Shown here piece by piece: positions 55,393-64,000 of a stretch of 64,000 nucleotides of DNA; positions within the stretch are counted from its first letter, which is position 1; each line of letters starts with the position of its first letter. The notes beneath the pieces were generated by a model. It searched no databases and had not been told where the DNA came from. It was given only the letters and a program-made list of their open reading frames with translations. The stretch comes from Catajapyx aquilonaris (lineage: Eukaryota), in NCBI GenBank assembly GCA_000934665.2, contig KZ538070.1, positions 62,001 to 126,000 of the forward strand, read 5' to 3'. The position numbers and the translations under genes were made by a program.

Positions 55393-56074
55393 GTTGGTTT
55401 CCATTTTTTTGCCTCTTTAAGGAGCCGGGAATTTTTTTGGGGGGAAAAAGTGGTTTGGATGTGGGCAACCTTCAGCTTTTGCTGTGAAAAAGCAGTGAAG
55501 CAAATCGCAGCTTGAGGAAGCACACATCCTAACCTGTTCTTTTTTTTCCAACTTCCCAGCTTCTTCGTTATAGGATTATAGGAGGAGGGGTCCGGCATTG
55601 TTGCGGGTAAGTCCGGACTCACCTATCGGCGTGCTGCAAGAAAATGACCCAAATTTGTACAGCGTTAAAAACCTGGCAACAACACCTGCCCCCAAAAGCT
55701 TCCCGACCTTTCAACTAGATGCCGCTCGGCTCCGACCGCCTTTGTTTCCCCCCTCCTGCCTGACCACCTCCCCAGCATTTCCACCACCTCACAGAAGGAG
55801 GCGGAGGGCCATCGACCTTCAGAAGTTGGCTCTGAGCGAGGTCAGCTCTTTTTTGGAGGCTACTCCCGTTCATACCCACCCCCCTATTTCCAGCCCCTTC
55901 CGCCAGATGGCAGCACCTCCTTGTTGTCGATGGGTAAACGCGCCCGTAGCGACCAAACCCGGAACTATACCCGGGAAATTTGAAAATTTTGCAGCACGCC
56001 CCTCCGAAATTAGTTTTAAGTGTTGTGAGGGGGGAACGCAACCAAAAAAAAAATGTTTGGGTTTTTATCACCAG

Positions 56075-56181
56075 ATGTAGCCAACAGCAGAACTGCAGCA
56101 TCATTGCGACCACCAGTACGTTTGGTGATCCCTGTCCAGGTACTCTCAAGTACCTGGAAGCTCATTACCAATGCACACCAG
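56075..56181 (+). CDS. Cirl: RBL C-terminal half, alternative exon B ([35 protein letters not shown])
   Basis: Acceptor tttttatcaccag, donor ag|gtatga; 107 nt, phase 2 to 1; intact DPC.GT.KY motif. Confidence 0.92.
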
Positions 56182-56814
56182 GTATGACAATCACTCTTAG
56201 AGGTGCCAGTTGTAAAATGTAATGTTGGGCCACCCCCGACTTGTCCAGCCGGAGGAGGAATATATGGGTAGATAACAATGTTGGAAAAAAATGGCAGTTT
56301 CTGACACAACAATGCAATCACTCCGGTGGGGGATAAAAGCCAGAAAATGATGTTCTGTGTTGTTAAGAGCGTGTTGACCAACTGTGCAGATTTACGATGA
56401 CAGGCTTTAGTTTTTTTTTTCCTGGTTGTGACAAGTTGTAGCACTTGTCCTTTCCACTGGTCAAGAGAAAACTAGTAGACCTTGCGGTTGGGAGGGGGGA
56501 CAAGTTTGGATGGTGACCGCCGGCTTTGCCTGCTAAATTTAACTGTACTGTGAGACACCTACAAGCTGGTTGAGTAGGTGAGGAAGCACTTGAAGACACA
56601 TGCATGCCAGCCGGGGATTAATAAGCTGCTGAATAATGGGCCGCCTCGTAGTTATATTTCTGATTTGTAAATGAAGCATTAATATGTGCCTTGCTGTCCT
56701 CAGTTAGTTAACAAATGAGGCGGCCGTAGGACTTGTAGATGCAATTTGATCATCCTGATGGTTACAACATCTTGTAAAGAGCTAGAAGTGACCTCTTGTT
56801 GTTGTTTTATCCAG

Positions 56815-57530
56815 CCACGAGCAGCACGACCACCAGGCCGCGGCCGCCGTGGCTACTCAGCACAGATCCGAGTCTCTGGAGCACTGCCAAACCTGCCACC
56901 CTCCGGCCGCTACCAGGAGGTGCCAACACTACCGGGTACTTGGATTCAAGCACCACGGTGGCCTCCAGCAGCGCCGGATTCAGCAGCACTGCCGCAACTA
57001 CCACTGCCAGTACCACGACCACCACGACCACCACCACGACAACCCCTCCTCCCATCAAGGTGGTGCCACCCCGTCCAAAAGACTGGGAAGGTGGGAGGGA
57101 CAGGGAGAGTCCAGTGCATGTGTGGGAGACCACGCAAGGCATGGTGGCAGTGTCCGCCACCAGCACAACATCCACCACCAGTCCATCCACCACTACGGTC
57201 ACTGGTGACCCTCCAACCCCGAGGGTCCCAATGGCAACGTCATCCTCTCCGCAGCAGTGGGACGAAGCACGTCCAATGCCGCAGCACTGTGGTCCCACGG
57301 AGACCAGAGGTTTGTTCTGGAACTACACCCGGAGTGGAGAGGTGGCGGTGCAGCCATGCCCAGGCGGTGCAACAGGGTTCGCAAGGTGGAGGTGTGGGGG
57401 TAGTGACCCGGCCTCATGGGTTAGGCCGGCACCAGACCTGTCCGAGTGCAAGTCTGTGTGGCTCACCAGCCTAGAAACCAGGATACTAGAGGGGGACTCG
57501 ATCATCAGCATCTCCAATGACTTGCTCCAG
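56815..57530 (+). CDS. Cirl: Ser/Thr/Pro-rich stalk, hormone-receptor motif (HRM) and start of GAIN
   Basis: Within ORF 56796..57590; HRM HCGPTETRGLFWNYTRSGEVAVQPCPGGATGFARWRC..PDLSEC; acceptor ttttatccag, donor cag|gtaaga; 716 nt, phase 1 to 0. Confidence 0.95.
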
Positions 57531-57611
57531 GTAAGAGGATGTACCATGCTGCCACTACTCACATGCCTTTCTCACTTGGCTGGAAATTAACTTTTCATCT
57601 TATTACCACAG

Positions 57612-57939
57612 GTGACAAGCAGCAAGACCCTCTATGGTGGGGACATGCTGGCGACAGCCACCATCATAAAGCGGTTGGCAGAGAAGATGAACTCGGACCT
57701 GCAGACATTCCCGGACCCACTCCAGAGGGAGGCCATAATCACAGAGCTCCTCCAGAGTGTGGTCCAGACGGGCAGCAACCTCTTGGACAATCCTAGGCAT
57801 GCACCATGGAGAGATCTAGGATACGATGAGCAGATGAGGGTGGCCACTGCACTTCTCATTGGCCTGGAGGAAAACGCTTTTCTGCTTGCTGAAACTGTTG
57901 GGCGGGAGAAAACCGTCCTGCAGGCTGTCAAGAATATAT
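57612..57939 (+). CDS. Cirl: GAIN subdomain A ([33 protein letters not shown])
   Basis: Acceptor accacag, donor t|gtacgt; 328 nt, phase 0 to 1. Confidence 0.93.
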
Positions 57940-58057
57940 GTACGTGTTGCAAATGGTTTCAGATGCTTTTGCAAATTTTGTTAAATTTTTCGCGAGTGAT
58001 AACGTGTGCTGGAGTTTAACTGTCTAATTTTAAGTTTGCAACATTCTCTCTTTTCAG

Positions 58058-58478
58058 TGGCAACGGTGAAGGTAGTGGAGACCCGAAACATCCAGGAAGT
58101 GCGATTCCCACCAGCAGCTGCATTGGAACTGTGGGACTCAGCGGACAACAGCTTAGTCCTCCCTGCAGAGGCTCTTTTGGAGAACAGTGACAATGGCTTG
58201 GTTCGTTTGGTTTTCTTTGCATACAACAACATGGAGGAGGTGCTCCAGCCCCATCCGGATGTGGCGGGTGGGACGGGATTGGTGTATGCAGAGAACAAGG
58301 ACTTCCTGCAGAATGGAAGGTACAACGGCACACGCATACTCAACAGCAAGGTGATCTCTGCCTCACTGGGGAAAGGAAGGCACATTCAGCTTCCCGAGCC
58401 TGTGCTCATCACCTTCAGGCACATACGGACAGAGAATGTCAGTAATCCCTCCTGTGTCTTCTGGGATTACACCATGAG
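58058..58478 (+). CDS. Cirl: GAIN subdomain B to start of GPS (..LNSKVISASLGKGRHIQLPEPV..NPSCVFWDY)
   Basis: Acceptor ctcttttcag, donor ag|gtaagc; 421 nt, phase 1 to 2. Confidence 0.95.
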
Positions 58479-58732
58479 GTAAGCAGAGAGGCAACAGGTG
58501 CCCTAACAATTCAAATTATGGAGGATATATCTGTTTATATGGATAATGTATTGTGAAAATGCACACGTAATCTGCTTTCAACCCACCAGTCATAAGTGTC
58601 AGTCTTTGTGAAATCACATTCTGAATATTTTCTAGCCTAGTTGAATCACAACTGTCAGTATCTGTATTAACCTACGGAAAAGGGTTGGAGTTTGGTGGAT
58701 TTTGAATAATGGCATCGGCCTTTTTATTTCAG

Positions 58733-58958
58733 TTCATGGTCCGAAGAAGGTTGCCAAGTGCTGGGGACGAACCACACGCACACCAGCTGTATGTGCGACC
58801 ACCTGACCAACTTCGCCATACTGATGGACGTCCATGCCGTGCAAGTGCCCCTGCCACATGAGCTTGCCCTCTCTGTGATCACTTATGTTGGATGTGTGGT
58901 TTCTATCATATGTCTCGTCCTGGCAATATGTACTTTCCAGTTCTTCAGAGGACTCAAG
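58733..58958 (+). CDS. Cirl: GPS with HL|T autoproteolysis site, Stachel (TNFAILMDV) and TM1
   Basis: SWSEEGC..CMCDHLTNFAILMDV..LSVITYVGCVVSIICLVLAICTFQFFRGLK; acceptor tttatttcag, donor aag|gtagat; 226 nt, phase 2 to 0. Confidence 0.96.
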
Positions 58959-59320
58959 GTAGATACACTCTGGGATCTTGGACACAATTTTGTTTATTTT
59001 TCCAAGTCTCTCCTCCCTCCCCTAAACTAATCCGATCGAGTGTTTCCCCCTAATGGAAGGAGACATTAATATTTAATGTGGGTTTTTTGGCTTTGTTGTT
59101 TAAGCTAGATATATTTTTTTGTGGCATCGAGTCATCAAAATTTGCCTGACGAAACAATAATTTAAAAATCAGGATAGAGTTAACAATATTTTTTGGAGAG
59201 GAGAAGAAGCCTCAGACTATGTTCATTCAATGCTACTGCTGATTTGCATGGACATTTTTTGAAAATGTGACTAAAATGGACTCTTCCCCCCTGCCCCCCT
59301 GTTCCCGATTTGGTTTTCAG

Positions 59321-59486
59321 TCTGATCGCACCACTATCCATAAAAATTTGTGCCTGTGCCTCCTTATTGCCGAAGTGCTCTTCTTAGCCGGGATTGGTCA
59401 GACTGACAAGCCAATCTTGTGTGGCATTGTGGCTGGATTGCTGCATTTCTTTTTCCTGTGTGCTTTTGCATGGATGTTTCTCGAAG
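59321..59486 (+). CDS. Cirl: TM2-TM3 ([32 protein letters not shown])
   Basis: Family-B GPCR motifs; acceptor ttttcag, donor g|gttagt; 166 nt, phase 0 to 1. Confidence 0.96.
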
Positions 59487-59619
59487 GTTAGTGCCAGTCC
59501 ATCCGTTTTTATGTAAGTGTTTACACGGGCGGGGTTTGACGCAAGAAAAAAAAAAGACATAGTCTGGCTTCATTTCTGCATATGTAAAGCATTTTGGGGG
59601 ACCATTTCTCTCTCGACAG

Positions 59620-59834
59620 GTTTCCAGTTGTATGTCATGTTGATAGAAGTGTTTGAGGCGGAAAAGTCCAGGGTACGGTGGTACTACGCCATTGCTTATG
59701 GCGTTCCTACCATCATTGTGGCCGTGTCTGCCGTGGTGGACCCTTTCAGTTATGGCACTGAGCGCTACTGCTGGCTGAGGGCAGATAACTTCTTCATCTT
59801 TAGTTTTGTGGGACCAGTCATTACTGTGATACTA
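59620..59834 (+). CDS. Cirl: End of TM3, TM4, ECL2 (YCWL), start of TM5
   Basis: GFQLYVMLIEVFEAEKSR..YGTERYCWL..SFVGPV; donor cta|gtgagt; 215 nt, phase 1 to 0. Confidence 0.96.
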
Positions 59835-59909
59835 GTGAGTACCCATTCGTCATTTTACACTTTTTTCACTTTGAGCAAGTTGTAACACAAATCTTCTTTC
59901 TCGTTGCAG

Positions 59910-60013
59910 GCTAATCTAGTCTTCTTGAGCATGGCCATTTACATGATGTGCCGCCATGCCAATGCCTCTGCCACCATGAAGAACAAGGAGCAATCGCGTC
60001 TTGCCACGGCCAG
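59910..60013 (+). CDS. Cirl: End of TM5 and ICL3 (ANLVFLSMAIYMMCRHANASATMKNKEQSRLATA)
   Basis: Acceptor gttgcag, donor ag|gtactc; 104 nt, phase 0 to 2. Confidence 0.93.
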
Positions 60014-60776
60014 GTACTCATTCTTTGCCGTCTTCTACCTCGGTGGGCTGCAGGCCTCATGGGTGTTGGTAGAGTTGTCTTTTAACCAGGGATGGTGCTC
60101 AAACTCTTTGAGGTCTCCTCTACCATTAGATTTGGCATTGACATTCATTGGTGTAAATCCTCCTTTTGTTCATACTATCAGACATTCCTGTATTTCAAGT
60201 ACTCTTGGAAGATATGAAGATATGCTTATTTGCACATTAATTGCTCAATACTTCATGTAACTGAATTTGGTTTATTTTTAACACAACTTAATTTCATTAT
60301 TGCAAGTATGGTACTGCTATTTTACATGGAATGTGAAGTCCAACATCAAATTGAAATTCTGATCTTTCACCAAATAGTATTTGAAATGTTTTCCACTAGT
60401 CCGCAGTTTGCAGTTCCATATGTATCGTCAGTACCCATACTTGTGACTGCTGCCTAATGACACCCTTATATTGCACAGAACAGAAATCGTCGTATCTGTT
60501 TCAATGGAAATGTCACCTCAGGTTTATGTGTACATTTGTGTACTCTTGGCCACACATGACAGTGAAGTGATGAGGCAAGTGTGTGAGAGCATGTGTGACA
60601 TTCCATCAATACAGATATGAGCTGATTTTTGTTCCTTGCGGTATTTACATGTATGGTTGAGCACTGCTGGTTTAAAGTGCATGGACACAAAGTACATTTG
60701 CACATAAAACACCGTAGATTTGATGGAGTCTTGTGGTTGTGGGACTAACCTGTATTTTCTTGTTTTGCATGACTAG

Positions 60777-60821
60777 TGGGAAGGAGGAGAATGCCCTTCA
60801 GTCAAAGTTGAGGTCACATTT
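60777..60821 (+). CDS. Cirl: 45-nt in-frame ICL3 cassette exon (S-GKEENALQSKLRSH-L)
   Basis: Canonical branch point gactaac (60743-60749), polypyrimidine tract, tag acceptor, donor tt|gtaagc; phase 2 to 2, no stop. Not in the ORF track. Confidence 0.75.
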
Positions 60822-61028
60822 GTAAGCCAGTTTCCTTAATATTATTTTCTCCCCTGCAAAACTACCTCCAGTTTTTAAGTTTGATCTCTTTCTGTTTTTT
60901 CCTATCGCTCACCACTCCCATCCAAAAGTAGCAAGCACAACATGGCTTTTAGCAAGTAGCATTGCTCCAGCCATAGTGATCCGAGAGTGAGAGAGTACTC
61001 CCTAATAGCGTGCTGTTTTGCTTTGCAG

Positions 61029-61197
61029 GACATGGCTGCGTGGCGCAATAATTCTTGTGTTCCTCCTGGGCCTTACGTGGACCTTTGGCCTGCTGTACTT
61101 GAACGAACAGTCAATGGTCATGGCCTATGTATTCACAGTGTTGAATAGTTTGCAAGGCCTCTTTATTTTTGTTTTCCACTGTGTTCAGAATGAGAAG
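61029..61197 (+). CDS. Cirl: TM6-TM7 ([38 protein letters not shown])
   Basis: Acceptor ctttgcag, donor aag|gtaaga; 169 nt, phase 2 to 0. Confidence 0.96.
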
Positions 61198-61954
61198 GTA
61201 AGATCATTTGTGGGCTCCACACCTACCTTGTTATAGAGGCAGGGCTCTCCCTTTGTTGTTTTTTCAGTCTCATTTTTAAACTTGTACATAGTTTGAAAAG
61301 GGGGGGATGGAATAGGTTTAAGGCTGGATTGTAATGGCTGAAATAATAAAGAGATGAGCAAAAGAAATTCCCTGAGATGATTTATTTCATCTGTGCAGAG
61401 GAATTGACAGCGGTTTCCCCCCATGCAATTGGCCTTTCTTTTTTCGATTTATCCCTTACAGATGTCGCGACAAGAGTTATCACTGTGCGGCACAAACTGG
61501 ATGTTTGTGCAGCACCGTTTTAGCTCTTGATGCGACATCTGTCCCCATGCAGTTGAGTTATGAGTTGTCTCAGGGAATTTTTATTTGGTCTTTTCTGTTT
61601 TCACGTTTTTGTGCTTTGTGTTCGTACAGTTTTAAGTTACAGTCGAACTTCCATCCTTTGAATCACAATTTCTTTACAGTTATGATGCACACGTTTTCTT
61701 TGTCCTTGACTTGGCCCGAAGAAACTCAACCAATTTTTCTGCGCCTTTTTAGACATTGTTGTTGCTGGACAACTTAATGAGATATGATCAGATAGTCTCA
61801 TTCAGTTTCCATCGACCATCAATGCTGAAAACTGCTAAGAGAAATTTCTCAAGTTTCACTAAGCCAAGCTTAGATCAAATTTTGATTCTGGAAGTTCGAG
61901 TGTATTTGTTCCTTCTTTTTATTTTATTTTCCCTCCTCGCCTGGACCATTGCAG

Positions 61955-62378
61955 GTGCGCAAAGAGTACCGCAAGTTTGCCCGCAGGCACCCGTGGCTCC
62001 CAGCCTGCCTGCAGGGCGCCAGCAAATCCTCCCCTGGAGGGAAGGACCGGCGGAGATCCAGTCTCTACGCAGGGTCCAATGGCACCCCCTCTGCTCCAAA
62101 CTCCCATAGCTCTGCCTGCAGCTCTACTGTCACTCCAGCAGGCGGCTCAAGCGTGGGTACCACAGTCGTTCAGTTGATCCCCACGCCCTCCCCTTCTCCG
62201 CCTCTACCCCACCCGCATCCGCACTCTCCCCAGCACCCCCACCTCCACCAGCACCACTATCACCCCTACCACTCCCACCACCATCCGCCGCCTCCTCCCC
62301 AGCAGCATCACTACGGCAACCCAAGCCCGCGGCCTAGCGAGAATTACTGCAGTCGTTGCAACCATTGTAAAGCGCAAG
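61955..62378 (+). CDS. Cirl: Helix 8 and proximal tail (VRKEYRK..); short form ends 62152, long His/Pro-rich form ends 62378
   Basis: Acceptor attgcag; candidate donors agc|gtgggt (62153, phase 0) and aag|gtacat (62379, phase 1). Read-through stops at 62384-62386. Confidence 0.8.
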
Positions 62379-63017
62379 GTACATGATAAGTTTTGTAACC
62401 CTCCCTTGGCTCCCTGTATTTCTTCCGGGCGGTGTGTGGTGCTGGTGGAGGTCGGAGGTCGACATTTAAAAGGCAATTGGGTTGCTTTGGTGGTGCTGGG
62501 TTAGAGGTTTCTTCTAATGCTTACCTGTATGCACTAATTCCCCGCAACATTGTCGGTAGCTCAACATCACCATGTAGACGTATAGAGAATCTGAGCTTGT
62601 CGTCAAGTTGTGAGAGAAAAACTGTGCTGTGCAGTATTAGAGGATGAATGTTAGCATAATTATATGCCGCATAATTTTTTGATTGAGTGTCATAGACCAA
62701 GGTTCATATATTGAAGAATATTTGGCTGGTTATTAGTGGCAAGTGATCTAAAAGTGACTGGAACAAAATAATGAACACACTCTTGCAAGAAATACCCAGT
62801 ATCTTAGATTTCCATTGAAACAGACTGATCAAGTTGTACGGCAAATGGCCATTACTTATTGTCAGAAATTCCGTAATTTGAAGCCGTAAAGGTGATTTAG
62901 GCTGTTAATCTAGTTACGATCTGCCTAGTACTGGTTACAGAAGTTTCATAAAATCTTATTGTCCAGGTCACCTACATTTCTAGGCTTTACTCACCACAAT
63001 CCATTTTGTTTCGTCAG

Positions 63018-63097
63018 AGCAGGAGTGTCCCTGCAATCAGAAGAACTGGCTGACAGTGCATGGCATTAAAATGCCATCTTTGCATTATTTTATGCAT
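63018..63097 (+). CDS. Cirl: Putative 80-nt tail exon (E-QECPCNQKNWLTVHGIKMPSLHYFMH)
   Basis: Acceptor ttttgtttcgtcag, donor cat|gtaagc; open frame; phase 1 to 0 exactly bridges donor 62379 to acceptor 63547. Confidence 0.45.
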
Positions 63098-63547
63098 GTA
63101 AGCGTACAAGGTTTAAAAAATTTTGTATGCATGTAATTTAACCTCCAAATTTTTGCTCATTCCCGAAATGGTTTGTCAGGCAATACATTACCTGAAGCGT
63201 ATCATATTGAGAGGCTGAGTATGAGTTTGTTGTTTCTTTTGTTGGGTGGAGTGTTAGAGAGAGTTTTCCATAAATGTTGCATAACAAAAGTGCATTTTTG
63301 GGCCCGAAGCAGCTTTCAGTAACAGATAATATAAACAATTGCCAAGTGTCAGTTACAGAAAAAATTACAAATAATTATGCTGTAATTGTACAGGACAAAT
63401 GGCCAAGTTTTTAAATTAAAAATGGTTTCGATTTGCAAACCTGTAAGTTGCGCTGGTCTTCCTTCACCTGTCCGGAACCTATCTGTGCTTATAAAATGTG
63501 TATCTTGTATGTTTTAGGCATAACTTTTATCCCTCTGTCCCCTTCAG

Positions 63548-63802
63548 CTGCAGCGTGTGTGGGGGAGCACCCGGAGCAGCATGCGCACCAGCCGCAGCAA
63601 CCCAGGGCGGGTGGGCAGCAGCCCAGCTGCACAGCTGCCAACTCCTCAGCAAGGAGGGCAGCTCCCCCACCAGGCCCACCTCGTCCACACCCTTCGCACG
63701 GGGGGAGTGGCGGGGGCAACGGGGGGCCAGGGAGTGGGGGTGGCTCTGGCTCTAGGGGCGGGCCAAGGGCTCCCATCCACGCTCAACGACCAGGAAGTTG
63801 AG
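63548..63802 (+). CDS. Cirl: Intracellular tail exon (LQRVWGSTRSSMRTSRSNPG..LNDQEVE)
   Basis: Acceptor tgtccccttcag, donor gag|gtcagt; 255 nt, phase 0 to 0. Confidence 0.75.
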
Positions 63803-63884
63803 GTCAGTTTTCTGATTGAGACCCCACGCATGTGCACACATGTAAGCAAATGGTCCATGCATAAATGCCTTCTTTTCCTTGCAG

Positions 63885-64000
63885 AACTCATCATTCAAGT
63901 CATACAGCCGTGACTCTGGTAACGGCGGTTCAGAGCAGGAGGACTCCCCTAGGGCAGTCGCCTCAGGGGCTGGCCCAGGAGCAGCTGGTGTCGGGTCCAC
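63885..64000 (+). CDS. Cirl: Tail exon, truncated by window end (NSSFKSYSRDSGNGGSEQEDSPR..)
   Basis: Acceptor cttttccttgcag; open frame; SYSRDSG.GGSEQEDSPR resembles insect Cirl tails as I recall them (not verified by search). Confidence 0.8.

Larger units (their letters stand above)
21197..64000 (+). other. Cirl: Latrophilin/Cirl adhesion GPCR gene span (3' end beyond window)
   Basis: Spliced exons give signal peptide, RBL ([35 protein letters not shown]), S/T stalk, HRM, GAIN/GPS (CVFWD..WS.EGC..C.CDHLTNFAILM) and secretin-like 7TM ([30 protein letters not shown]). All junctions are GT-AG and phase-consistent. Confidence 0.97.

Noticed and set aside
56807..57298. Antisense Val-rich ORF
   Set aside because: Mirror of the Thr (ACN) codon run in the Cirl stalk exon.
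56815..57300. Olfactomedin domain
   Set aside because: The lectin leads directly into the S/T stalk and HRM, as expected for invertebrate latrophilins.

Overview
Eukaryotic, arthropod-like genomic DNA dominated by one + strand multi-exon gene: a latrophilin/Cirl (ADGRL-family) adhesion GPCR. I assembled it by hand from GT-AG junctions, and every phase is consistent. The order is: signal-peptide exon (21197-21272), a 31 kb intron, SUEL/rhamnose-binding lectin (RBL), Ser/Thr stalk, HRM, GAIN/GPS (HL|TNFAILM), 7TM and an intracellular tail that runs off the window end. There is no olfactomedin domain. The most interesting signal is a splicing system. Two tandem 107-nt paralogous exons each encode the C-terminal half of the lectin and look mutually exclusive, with a candidate competing docking-site/selector RNA pairing and a CTCF-like motif between them. 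There is also a textbook recursive splice (ratchet) site in the 31 kb intron, a 45-nt ICL3 cassette exon, a possible 1TM intron-retention isoform and alternative tail exons. The rest is repeats: a tRNA-derived SINE with a 16-bp TSD, MITE/foldback hairpins, minisatellites, decayed retroelement pieces and N gaps at poly-G runs. Most ORFs in the supplied track are spurious. All calls were made by eye; no database searches were run.
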